DNA of 63,005 bases, counting the filler, from Candidatus Eiseniibacteriota bacterium (GTDB lineage Bacteria; Orphanbacterota; Orphanbacteria; Orphanbacterales; Orphanbacteraceae): assembly GCA_043809585.1 (NCBI GenBank). It is 5 parts of 5 records of this genome, joined end to end, with 100 filler letters (N's around TTAATTAATTAA, not from the genome) between each part and the next. Parts side by side here need not be neighbours in the genome. Positions count along the whole stretch, not along the records: positions 1 to 21,483 come from JBDROZ010000016.1; 4 more parts are not named here. One strand, written 5' to 3'. Made by a program: the position numbers and the translations under genes. Position 1 is the first letter of the stretch; each line of letters starts with the position of its first letter. The notes under the pieces are model-generated. The model ran no database searches, was not told where the DNA came from, and saw nothing but the letters and a program-made list of their open reading frames with translations. Below, piece by piece: positions 9,847 through 18,929 of the stretch.

Positions 9847-11925
9847 TCACCCCCGTTCCCGGCGGACCAAATCCCGGATTCTCCCGTCCGACGGCCGGAG
9901 ATCGAGGTAGCGGTCGAGCATGGCCAGGCCATCGGCCTTCCTCCCCGAGCGGACCATGAGAACCCCGAGGCCGCGGAGACCGTCCGGATCGTTCGGGTCG
10001 ATCGATAGGGCCCGGCGATACTCCTCCTCCGCAACCCCGGGGTTCCCCATCTTTTCCGCCACATAGGCGAGGCGCACGCGCACCCGTTTCGATTCCTCGA
10101 GCGCCACGAGCCGGCGGAAGACCCGGTCCGCTTCCGCGAAGTCGTTCTTCCGTTCGTACGCGCGTCCGAGATTGTAAAGCAACTCCCGGTGGTTCGGGTC
10201 GATCTCCACGCCAGCGCGGAACGTGTCGATCGCCTCGCCCGACCGTCCCTTTTGCAAGAGGAGCGCGCCGAGATTATTCCGGAAGTCGGCGTTCATCGGC
10301 TCCAGCCGCGCGGCCTCCGCGAGCTCGGTGTAGGCCGAGTCGATCTCTCCTTTCTGGTAGAGGATCCCCGCGAGATTGGCGTGGGCCTTCCCGTGATCCG
10401 GCGCGATGCGGAGGGCGTTTTCGTACGCCGACCGGGCCGCCTCCGGATCGCCGAGGGCTTCGCGGGCGAGACCAACGTCGTTCCACACATCGCCGTCCTC
10501 GCCATGCTCCGCCAGGGACCGCTCGAAATGTCCCAGCGCGCCCCGGTGGTCCCCCGCGTCGTAAAGACGCTTGCCGAGATGGAGGTCGGTCCGGACGAGA
10601 CTCCCCCCGCGGGCGATCCCGAGGGGCGTGAAGTTCAGGAGGACGAATAGGGCGGCGAGGATCGCGACCGACCGGTACGGCTTCCTGGGCGACCGGAGGC
10701 GGTCGACCAGGTCGACGAGGGCGGCGGCGGCAAAGAGGGTGATCGCCGGAAAGAGGGGCATCCGGTAGCGCGATGCGTAGGGGAAGGCGAGCACGGCGAC
10801 GAGGTACGAGAGAAGGACGAGAAGGGGGACGTTCACCGCCGGTGAGCGCCGGAGAGCGGCCGCCACGCCGAGCAGGGCGAGCGGGAGGATCAGCGCCGCG
10901 GGAAGGACGAGCGCCCGGAGCGCCGCCGACCGCTCCCGAAAGAAACCGAAATCGTGGCTCGTGTCGATCTCCCATCCACCCCAGAAGAGGAGGAAGCGTT
11001 TCGCGATCCGGCCCGCGGCGTGGAGCGGTTCCCCCGCCATCTCCGAAAGCGCCCTTTCATAGTAATAGCGGTCCCGGTCCGCTTCCCGTGCCGCCACCTC
11101 GGCATCATCGGCGAGTCTCTCGATCGCCTTCCACTCGACGCCGGGCCGGACCGAGGCGAGCCCGTCCGCCCCCGCCCGGTTCGCGATGTAGAAGTTCAGG
11201 CCGCCGTTCGCCTGCACGAGAACGGGGTCTCCGACCTGAACGTTGCGGAGAAAGACGGGTCCGACGAAGACGAGGACGCCCGCAGCCAGCGCGGCCGCCC
11301 GTTTCCGCGCCGCCTCTCGTGCGCCGGCGCGCCACGCGACGAAGAGGAGAGCCGGAAGGGCGATGAGGATCGTGGGGCGGCTGATCGCCGAGAGCCCGGC
11401 GAGGAGCCCGGCGACGACCCATCCGCGCGGAGAGGAGCGCCCCGCCACGAGCCCCGCCGCGACCCGGAGGAGCGCCGTGTCGAGAAAGGTGACAAGCGTC
11501 GTCGCGAGAAGCAGCCCTTCGAAGTAGACGAACCTGGGATAGAGGAGGGCGATCGCAGCCGCCGCCAGCCCCACCCTTTTTCCGGCCACGATCCGCCCCG
11601 TGTCATAGATCAGAAAGAGCGTCGCGAGGCCGAGGAGATGCTGGAAGAAGTAGAAGCCGCCGAACGTGAATCCCGCCTTCGAGAGGAGAGCGAGGAGATA
11701 CGGATACGCCGGCCCATGAATGTGGACCCTGCTCCAAAGCCACTCGCCCGCCGCGATCCGGCCCGCCCAGCCGTAGTATTCGGCGGCATCGATGATGGGA
11801 TAGTCGAAGAACGGATTCCCGCGCAGCCACTGCCAGTAGACGAGACGGACCAGCGCCCCCGCGCCCAGGATCACCCAGAGCAAGACCGGTATCCGGGAAT
11901 CGTCACGGATCTTCTTCCGCCCCAT
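9847..11925 (-). CDS. GT-C fold membrane glycosyltransferase with C-terminal TPR repeats (paralogue of 5922-7979)
   Basis: IDAAEYYGWA, PAYPYLLA, RPT, NGGLNFYIAN, SRYR; multiple TPRs. Confidence 0.85.
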   Translation of the reverse strand: MGRKKIRDDSRIPVLLWVILGAGALVRLVYWQWLRGNPFFDYPIIDAAEYYGWAGRIAAGEWLWSRVHIHGPAYPYLLALLSKAGFTFGGFYFFQHLLGLATLFLIYDTGRIVAGKRVGLAAAAIALLYPRFVYFEGLLLATTLVTFLDTALLRVAAGLVAGRSSPRGWVVAGLLAGLSAISRPTILIALPALLFVAWRAGAREAARKRAAALAAGVLVFVGPVFLRNVQVGDPVLVQANGGLNFYIANRAGADGLASVRPGVEWKAIERLADDAEVAAREADRDRYYYERALSEMAGEPLHAAGRIAKRFLLFWGGWEIDTSHDFGFFRERSAALRALVLPAALILPLALLGVAAALRRSPAVNVPLLVLLSYLVAVLAFPYASRYRMPLFPAITLFAAAALVDLVDRLRSPRKPYRSVAILAALFVLLNFTPLGIARGGSLVRTDLHLGKRLYDAGDHRGALGHFERSLAEHGEDGDVWNDVGLAREALGDPEAARSAYENALRIAPDHGKAHANLAGILYQKGEIDSAYTELAEAARLEPMNADFRNNLGALLLQKGRSGEAIDTFRAGVEIDPNHRELLYNLGRAYERKNDFAEADRVFRRLVALEESKRVRVRLAYVAEKMGNPGVAEEEYRRALSIDPNDPDGLRGLGVLMVRSGRKADGLAMLDRYLDLRPSDGRIRDLVRRERG

Positions 11926-12004
11926 CGCCGAACCTCCGCCCGGATCTTAACAGAAGGGAGCGGGGATGGGCATGGGCAGCGCTGAGGTTCCCTTTTCACG
12001 GTTC

Positions 12005-12095
12005 CTCCCCTTCGATACGGACCTTCGGTCCTACTCAGGACAGGCTTCGATACACCGCGGCCTCCGGCCGCGGCACTCAGGACGAACGGGGGAGA
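12005..12095. repeat. REP-like doublet: two CTTCGATAC-hairpin-ACTCAGGAC units
   Basis: CTTCGATAC at 12010 and 12045, ACTCAGGAC at 12033 and 12075, each pair enclosing a different hairpin (GGACC-TTC-GGTCC; CCGCGGCC-TCC-GGCCGCGG). Confidence 0.6.
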
Positions 12096-12833
12096 GTAGC
12101 CCGATGTCAGCAATGAAATGGGTGCCTGCCACCATTTCGACCGTGGACATGCCGCCGGGCGGGCGGAGGAAGGGAGTGCAGGTGTCGGAATCGGTCAAGC
12201 GGTTTGCGGTAGGATGCCCGGCGGAGGAGGAGCTTGAACGTTCGATGGCGGGCCCACCAACGGCAGCCGGTCCCACGACCCTCACTACCTGGAAAGGCTC
12301 CCCGCACCCAGGCTCCCCCTGGCAAGCCGAAGGCGCGGTTTCTCGGCGGCATGCCGCGGCCGGAAATGCCGGGCCGGATCTTTGTAACCCGGTGGCCACC
12401 CGTTCGTGGGTCCCGCCCATCGAAACGTCCGTCGCCTGTCGCCGACCCTGCGGGGGTTTCGACCGCCGCGTCGGAACGCCCCCCGTCATGGAGGACAGAA
12501 GGTTGGCTTCAAGACGGGTCGGGGCACCGCGCGTCCGGCCCCTATTCCGAACGGTTGGATCACCCCGACCGGTCCATAAAGGAAGGCAAGGGTCGTGCCA
12601 TCAAGAGCACCAAGTTCTTGAAGCAGTCTATTTAGTTGTGCTTTCATAGATTAGACACTTCAGACGCCGGGATGTGGGGGCTCGTTGGAACGAGCAGAGA
12701 GCCGGCCCGGAAGAAACCAAGTTTCTACCCGGCCGGCCCGTACGTGGTTTATCTTTTTCTTTTCAACCGGTCATGTGACTCGAAACCAGGTTCCCATCGG
12801 GAACCTCCGGAGCCACAGAGGTTTTGGGTCCCC

Positions 12834-12956
12834 TCACCGTTGGACCGTCTGCTCTCCCTGCTTCTTGGAGACACCACCGCACCACCAACTCCAGCAGTCG
12901 CAAGAGGCTACGAGGGCGACGAGCAGTAACGCGACCGCAATGACTCGGATTATCAT
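12834..12956 (-). CDS. Small (40 aa) predicted lipoprotein, not in ORF track
   Basis: GAGGAGG RBS then MIIRVIAVALLLVALVAS-CDCWSWWCGGVSKKQGEQTVQR*; hydrophobic h-region and lipobox-like VAS-C. Confidence 0.6.
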   Translation of the reverse strand: MIIRVIAVALLLVALVASCDCWSWWCGGVSKKQGEQTVQR

Positions 12957-13115
12957 GTCTAACCCTCCTCGTTGCCGACCCTACTCCACTCCACCCGGGC
13001 CCTGTCAAGAGAATCGCGGCGCCGTCACGGGAAACCCGCGCGCCGGCGAAGGCGAATACATCGTATAATTAACGACAGGACGGCGAGTTCACCCCCTACG
13101 GAGAGAGACGCCCGC

Positions 13116-15587
13116 GTGAAGATCCATCCGATTCAGAGACCATCTTCAAGACGGTACCAGGCGCCGCATTTCCGGGCACTACTCCTGCTGCTCCTCGCTC
13201 TGTATTCCAGCTCTCCCTCCGGCGCGGAAGAGGGTCCCCGGTGGCTGATACTGGATGACAACGATGCCCCACCCGGAGGCACGACGGTCCTCGACCGGTT
13301 CCCGGGCGGGTGGCTGCTCTGGTCAAGGGGCGGGGCCGGTCTCGAAGTCACCTTGGGAATTCCGGTCACCCCGGGGCGGACAGTCACATTCCTGGCCGGG
13401 ACCGGCTCGTCTCCCGACCTCCATGACTCAGTCATGGACGGCGTCGACATTCTCGGCCGGGTGGGGGCCTCCTGGATCGTCGAGTCCGACGGCCCTCTCC
13501 CGATGACCCCCAAACTCCGGACTTTCGAGCGCCGGGTCCTCCGGACCGATCCGATCCGCCCTCCGCAGCCGGCGACGGTCCCGGCCCTGCCGAGGAACGC
13601 CCCCACGGGCATAGACGAGATGGTCGGCCGGGTGAATGAAGTCTCGATCGCCGCGTGGATCGGAAGCCTCGCGGGGGCGAACCCGGTGGAGGTGAGCGGC
13701 ACCCCCTTCACCTTCGAGACGAGGTTCACGGCGACCGCCTCGTGCGACACGGCGGAGCGATACCTTTACGAGCGCTTCCTCGATCTCGGCTTCGAGGACG
13801 TGGTCTTCGATCCGTACTCCTTCGGGTCCGTGAACGCCCGGAACGTGATCGCCACGCTGCCGGGGACGGAGACGCCGGAGCGGATCTACATACTCTGCGG
13901 CCACCTCGATTCATTTTCAGGGCAGCCCCTCGCGAACGCACCGGGAGCGAACGACAACGGGAGCGGCGTGGCGGTGATGCTCGCCGCCGCCGAAATCCTG
14001 CGGGACTACGAATTCCGTTCGACGATCCGGTTCATCGCCTTCACCGGCGAGGAACAGGGGTTGTACGGGTCGGCCCACTACGCGTCGGAGGCCGCGGCCG
14101 CGGGCGACTCGATCCTCGGAGTGATCAACTGCGACATGGTCTCGTACTATCACGCCCAGCGGAAGCTCGTCATCGAAGGGGGACCGGAGTGGGAGTGGCT
14201 GATGGCGGTCCTCGCGGAGGCGTGCGCCGACTACACCGATCTCACCGCGGTCTTCGACTACACCAGCTCTTCCTCGGACCACGTCTCATTCCAGAGCGAA
14301 GGATACCCCGCGGTGCTCGCCATCATGAACGATTACGCCGCTTACCCGTGCTGGCACGCAACGTGCGACACGGCGGGCCTACAGAAGACCGACTTCGCCG
14401 CGGACGTGGCGCGGGCGTGCGTTGCGGCGGTCTCCGGTCTCGCCGAACCGGCGGGGTTGATCGTCGAGCACGTGCCCCTGCCGCGGATCTCCACCGACAC
14501 GGCGGGGGTGCTCGAGGTTGTCGTGTCGATCGTGTCGGACACGGCCCTTTCGTCCGACTCCCTCGCGGTCCGCTACCGGGAGACGGGGGACTATATCAAC
14601 GTGCCTCTCGCCCCTGCCGGCGGGCCGGGCGAGTACCACGCGTTTCTCCCGGCGCCCTCCCTCCACGGCTCCCTCGCCTATTTTATCCGAGCCCGGGACG
14701 AATCGGGCCGGGTCCGCACCCACCCATGGAACGCGCCGGACTCGCTTCATCTCGTCGTCGCCGGAGCGTGGGAGACGATTGCCTTCGAGGACTTCGAAGC
14801 GGGCGGTGCGAACTGGCTCCACGGCGGGATCCTCGACGACTGGGAGATCGGACCGCCCCTCGGGCTCGCCGGCGACCCGGAGGGGGCGTGGTCCGGAACG
14901 AACGTCGCCGGGACGGATCTCTCCGGACTCGGCCTCGTCCCGGGGAGCTACGAGAACGGGTGTGAGACCTATCTTCTCTCGCCCCCCGTCGACGCTTCCC
15001 CCTTCGACAGCGTTCGCGTCTCCTTCCGGCGGCGCCTCGCGATCGAGGCGGTGGGCGACTCGGCCTGTTTCCTCGTGAACGGATCGCATGCGTGGGCGAG
15101 CTCGGGCGCGGGTCCGCCGGTCGACACGGCGTGGGTCTACGTCGAGTACGACATCTCGCCCCTCGCCGCCGGAAGGCCGTCGGTGTTCTTCCAGTGGACG
15201 ATGAAAGCGGACGGTCAGGAGACATACGGCGGCTGGAACATCGACGACGTCCGCGTCTTCGGCATCCGTTCCGACTTTCTGACCGCCGTGGCCGGTGAGT
15301 CGCCGGCCCCGCCTCTCTCCCTCCCCGCCAACCACCCCAACCCCTTCAATCCGGTCACCACGATCCGGTTCGATCTCGCTCGGGAAGGGCCGGTCCGTCT
15401 CGCGATCTACGACGGGAGGGGACGATTGATCCGGACCCTCCTCCGCGGTCCGATGACCGCCGGCACTCACGAAGAGGTCTGGAACGGAAAGGACGACCGG
15501 GGCCGCGCCGTTTCCTCCGGCCTGTACTTCTATCGACTGGACGGAGCCGGGAGTTCGATGGCGGGAAAGATGACGTTACTTCGTTAG
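13116..15587 (+). CDS. M28 family metallopeptidase with C-terminal T9SS/FlgD-Ig domain (start uncertain)
   Basis: GHLDS, PGANDNGSG, FTGEEQGLYGS, SDH; C-terminal PNPFNP...WNGKDDRG..VSSGLYFYRL. Confidence 0.88.
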   Translation: MKIHPIQRPSSRRYQAPHFRALLLLLLALYSSSPSGAEEGPRWLILDDNDAPPGGTTVLDRFPGGWLLWSRGGAGLEVTLGIPVTPGRTVTFLAGTGSSPDLHDSVMDGVDILGRVGASWIVESDGPLPMTPKLRTFERRVLRTDPIRPPQPATVPALPRNAPTGIDEMVGRVNEVSIAAWIGSLAGANPVEVSGTPFTFETRFTATASCDTAERYLYERFLDLGFEDVVFDPYSFGSVNARNVIATLPGTETPERIYILCGHLDSFSGQPLANAPGANDNGSGVAVMLAAAEILRDYEFRSTIRFIAFTGEEQGLYGSAHYASEAAAAGDSILGVINCDMVSYYHAQRKLVIEGGPEWEWLMAVLAEACADYTDLTAVFDYTSSSSDHVSFQSEGYPAVLAIMNDYAAYPCWHATCDTAGLQKTDFAADVARACVAAVSGLAEPAGLIVEHVPLPRISTDTAGVLEVVVSIVSDTALSSDSLAVRYRETGDYINVPLAPAGGPGEYHAFLPAPSLHGSLAYFIRARDESGRVRTHPWNAPDSLHLVVAGAWETIAFEDFEAGGANWLHGGILDDWEIGPPLGLAGDPEGAWSGTNVAGTDLSGLGLVPGSYENGCETYLLSPPVDASPFDSVRVSFRRRLAIEAVGDSACFLVNGSHAWASSGAGPPVDTAWVYVEYDISPLAAGRPSVFFQWTMKADGQETYGGWNIDDVRVFGIRSDFLTAVAGESPAPPLSLPANHPNPFNPVTTIRFDLAREGPVRLAIYDGRGRLIRTLLRGPMTAGTHEEVWNGKDDRGRAVSSGLYFYRLDGAGSSMAGKMTLLR

Positions 15588-16405
15588 GATCCGTCGAGGC
15601 CACGGTACTTCGCGTCGAACTCGATCAAGTGGTCCCGATGGGGCGGGGCGATCTCGGTGATCGTGGACGGGCTTCCGTCCCGGAACATGACCTTCCTCTT
15701 GCCCGCGGACACCGTCTCGAGGTCCTCCTCGTCGACGCCGATGGACGCGGTCCCTTCCTGCACGCAGACGCAGGTGACCTCGTAGTTCCGGAAGACGGAG
15801 ACGAGCGTTCCGGTGAGGACGATCATGCCTTCGCCGGTGCGGATCGTCAGGCTCGTGCCGGGGAAATCGGGGCCGCTGCGTACGGCGGCCTCGCCGATCT
15901 CGAGCGCGCATTCGACGGACCGACTGAACCAACGGCCGGGCGCCCCCGGAAGGGTCGCGATCGTCCCCTCCTCGAGCCGCCACACCATGCTTCCGGGGTA
16001 GTGCACGTCGAGGACCGCGCCGTCTCGGAGCTCGATACGCGCCCCCGGGCGAAGGGCGGCGGCGAGTTCGTCCCAGCGAACCGTCGGGATCGCGCGCCCG
16101 TCGACGGTCACCGTCCCCTCGCCGCTCGTGCCGAGCAGCCGCGGCGCCGGGCCCCGGTTCCCGGCGAGAATGGCGAGGAGAACGACCGCGGCGGCGGCGA
16201 GCGGCGCGAACCGGGACCAGCGGAGGGGTCCGCGACCCGAACGGCGAGGCACCGGCTCGGCCCTTTCCGGAATCGCGCCGGCGACGAAGTCCCTCTTCAA
16301 GCGCTCCCGGAACGCCGGGTCCGCCTGGGGACGGGTGAGTTCCCGCACCGCCTCCCGGGCGAGCCGCTCTTTCGGCGTCATTGGTTTGTTTTCGCGCCCG
16401 CTCAT
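15584..16405 (-). CDS. Probable anti-sigma factor (single TM plus FecR-like periplasmic domain)
   Basis: Overlaps ECF sigma stop (ATGA); ADPAFRERLK N-terminus, TM helix, FecR-like beta region (GT..SV...VCVQEG). Confidence 0.7.
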   Translation of the reverse strand: MSGRENKPMTPKERLAREAVRELTRPQADPAFRERLKRDFVAGAIPERAEPVPRRSGRGPLRWSRFAPLAAAAVVLLAILAGNRGPAPRLLGTSGEGTVTVDGRAIPTVRWDELAAALRPGARIELRDGAVLDVHYPGSMVWRLEEGTIATLPGAPGRWFSRSVECALEIGEAAVRSGPDFPGTSLTIRTGEGMIVLTGTLVSVFRNYEVTCVCVQEGTASIGVDEEDLETVSAGKRKVMFRDGSPSTITEIAPPHRDHLIEFDAKYRGLDGS

Positions 16406-17052
16406 TTCAGCACGTCCTCGAGAAGCTCCCCGAGCCGGGCGAGGGCCCGGGAATAACGTTTGCGCACCGCGGGGCCGCTCGCCCCGACGATCCCGGCGAT
16501 CGCTTCGTGATCCAATCCTTCGTAGTCGCGAAGAACGACCACCTCCCGAAGCTGCTCCGGCAACCGGTCGATCGCCGCCTGTACCAATCGCTCCCGCTCG
16601 GCGGCGACGGCGTTCCCCTCAGGGTTCGCCCGGCCGTTCGCCAGCTTCTCGCCGAGCCCCCCTTCCGGGTCCTGGAAGGAAATCGACTTCGCGGCGACCT
16701 TGGCGCCGAAGGAACGCCGGTGGTCGCGGCAGAGATTCGCCGTGATCGTCCGGAGCCACGGCATCGGGTCTCTGTCCGGATCGAGCCGGTCCGCGGACCT
16801 GTGGACGCGGAGGAAGACCTCCTGGGTCAGGTCTTCCGCCGCCGTAGGGTCCCCGAGAAGCCGGAGCGCGAGACCGTAGATCCGGTCGAAGGTACGCTCG
16901 AAGAACTCGCCGAGCGCCTCCTGGTCCCGCCGGCGCACCCCCTCCAGGACCTCCCACGAAATCTCGGGCCCGTCGGGGCCGCCCCCCTCGCCCGCCCGGT
17001 TCTCCCGCTTTTCCCGGGCCGGGGGCCGCTTCTTGTCTTTCGGGGCCTTCAT
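16402..17052 (-). CDS. ECF-type RNA polymerase sigma factor (start uncertain)
   Basis: AEDLTQEVFLRV, WLRTITANLCRD (region 2); LPEQLREVVVLRDYEGLDHEAIAG...RALARL (region 4). Confidence 0.92.
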   Translation of the reverse strand: MKAPKDKKRPPAREKRENRAGEGGGPDGPEISWEVLEGVRRRDQEALGEFFERTFDRIYGLALRLLGDPTAAEDLTQEVFLRVHRSADRLDPDRDPMPWLRTITANLCRDHRRSFGAKVAAKSISFQDPEGGLGEKLANGRANPEGNAVAAERERLVQAAIDRLPEQLREVVVLRDYEGLDHEAIAGIVGASGPAVRKRYSRALARLGELLEDVLK

Positions 17053-17118
17053 CGGTGGTACGGACCTGCGTAGTGGGATGTGTCTACAAAGAGGAACGGA
17101 AACTTTCCGCTCCTCTCC

Positions 17119-17223
17119 GGTCACAGGCTCCGCCCCCATTCGTAAGTAAGGGTGAGCGGCGGGGGCGGGACCTCGCGGAGCCTCTTCGACCGGCATTGTA
17201 ACAATCGGAGATTTCGACCGTCA
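17119..17223 (+). promoter_or_regulatory. Two candidate ECF-type promoters facing the spondin gene
   Basis: GGTCAC-N16-CGTAA (17119-17145) and TGTAAC-N16-CGTCA (17197-17223). Confidence 0.4.
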
Positions 17224-17236
17224 ACGGGAGGGAGAT

Positions 17237-18607
17237 GTGATGTTTTCGAGATTTCGCACGATTTTCTTTTTTCTGGTCGCCCTGCTCCTCACGCCTCTGG
17301 TGGGATGCGGGGACGACGATGACAACGACCCGATGGGGCCGGGAGGGACGGCCAAGACGTTCACGGTCACCATCGCGAACGTCTCCGAGGCGTTCGACTT
17401 TCTAGGGAGCGGCGCCTTCGACACGCCGGCGGGCGGCTCGTCCGCGGCCCCGATCGGGCCGGGCGAAGCGTACGAGTTCCGCATCGCCGCGGCGCCCGGC
17501 GGGCGGCTCTCTTTCGCCACCATGTTCGTCCAATCGAACGATCTCTTCTACGCCCCGGACGGCGATGGCATCGCCCTCTTCGACGGCGGCGGCGCTCCGC
17601 TCTCCGGCGACGTGACGAGCCAGGTGTTCCTGTGGGACGGGGGGACGGAGATGAACGAGGAGCCCGGCATCGGGGCGAACCAGGCGCCCCGGCAGGGGGG
17701 GGGCGATACGGGCCCCGTGGACATGAACGGCGCGGTCCGTCTCGTGGGCGACGGGTATGCGTATCCCGCCGTGTCGGACGTAATCGAGGTGACCGTGACC
17801 CACGAGGGGGGGAACGAGTTCACCGTTCGCATCGCAAACGTCTCCACCGTGGGGACCCTGATGACGTCGGACCTCCAGTCCCTCGCGGTGCCCCTCGCGC
17901 CCGGCGTTTGGGTGGTCCACTCCGAGGCGGATCCGCTCTTTACGGCCGGATCGGCCGACGGCGGGGACGGACTCGAAGCGCTGGCCGAGGACGGGAACCC
18001 GGCCGGTCTTGCGGCGGCCCTCGCGGCGCGGTCGGGCGTAACGACCCCCCTCGCCCCCGGCGTTTTCGCGGTCCACACGGCGGACGGCGTGCTCTTCACG
18101 AACGGTCAGGCGAACGGTGGGTACGGCCTCGAGGGCCTCGCCGAGGACGCGTCGCCGGGCGGCCTGGCGGCGTATGTCGCCGGCCTCGCCGGCGTGTCGG
18201 CGTCGGGCACGTTCACGGTCCCCGACGGCGGATCCGGGGCGGGTCCGATCTTCCCGGGCGGGAGCTTCTCCTTCACCTTTACCGCCGTCGGGGGGGACCG
18301 GCTCTCCTTCGCCACCATGTTCGGCCAGTCGAATGACCTGTTCTACGCCTTCGACGACGGCGGCATCGCCCTCTTCGACGGGAATGGCGACGCCCGGACC
18401 GGGGACGTGACGGCTTCCGTCGATCTGTGGGACGCCGGTACCGAGATGAACCAATACCCGGGCGCCGGTCCCGACCAGGCCCCGCGCCAGTCGGCGGCCA
18501 ACACGGGTGCGGCCGATTCGAACGGCACGGTTCGCAGGGTTGCCGACGGGTACGAATACCCGGCCGACAACGAGGTGATCCGGATCACAATCTCGGCGAC
18601 CGACTAG
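17237..18607 (+). CDS. Spondin_N-domain lipoprotein (duplicated domain)
   Basis: Lipobox LVG-C; two copies of RLSFATMF.QSNDLFYA...WD.GTEMN..PG.G..QAPRQ. Confidence 0.88.
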   Translation: MMFSRFRTIFFFLVALLLTPLVGCGDDDDNDPMGPGGTAKTFTVTIANVSEAFDFLGSGAFDTPAGGSSAAPIGPGEAYEFRIAAAPGGRLSFATMFVQSNDLFYAPDGDGIALFDGGGAPLSGDVTSQVFLWDGGTEMNEEPGIGANQAPRQGGGDTGPVDMNGAVRLVGDGYAYPAVSDVIEVTVTHEGGNEFTVRIANVSTVGTLMTSDLQSLAVPLAPGVWVVHSEADPLFTAGSADGGDGLEALAEDGNPAGLAAALAARSGVTTPLAPGVFAVHTADGVLFTNGQANGGYGLEGLAEDASPGGLAAYVAGLAGVSASGTFTVPDGGSGAGPIFPGGSFSFTFTAVGGDRLSFATMFGQSNDLFYAFDDGGIALFDGNGDARTGDVTASVDLWDAGTEMNQYPGAGPDQAPRQSAANTGAADSNGTVRRVADGYEYPADNEVIRITISATD

Positions 18608-18929
18608 AACTCGTTTCAAAACCCCTTCCTGCTGCGGCTGGCTGCAGGGGCGGCGGGGAGCGATCCAGGGCTTTCGGTCGAACATCAGGAGGAGAGAAGC
18701 TCCCACCGCCTCCTCCTCTCCCACCCGGCGGCGGATTCCCCCGTGGGACCGCGCCGGGTTCTTTTCATTCACCCGGGTGCTTTGATTGTGGGACAATGCG
18801 GGAGATTCGTCGTCACGACACGGTCATAGTCAGATACCCTATTTCGTGGACATTTCGCCGCTCAAATACCCGACCGATCAAGAAACAGGGTATCTGGTTA
18901 GAAACCAGGTAGAAATCAGGGAGGAATCC

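Noticed and set aside
18605-18625. TAGAACTCGTTTCAAAACCCC, and ATTAGGCTTAA at ~9580, as IS-like termini
   Set aside because: No partner inverted repeat found in the window; too short to support
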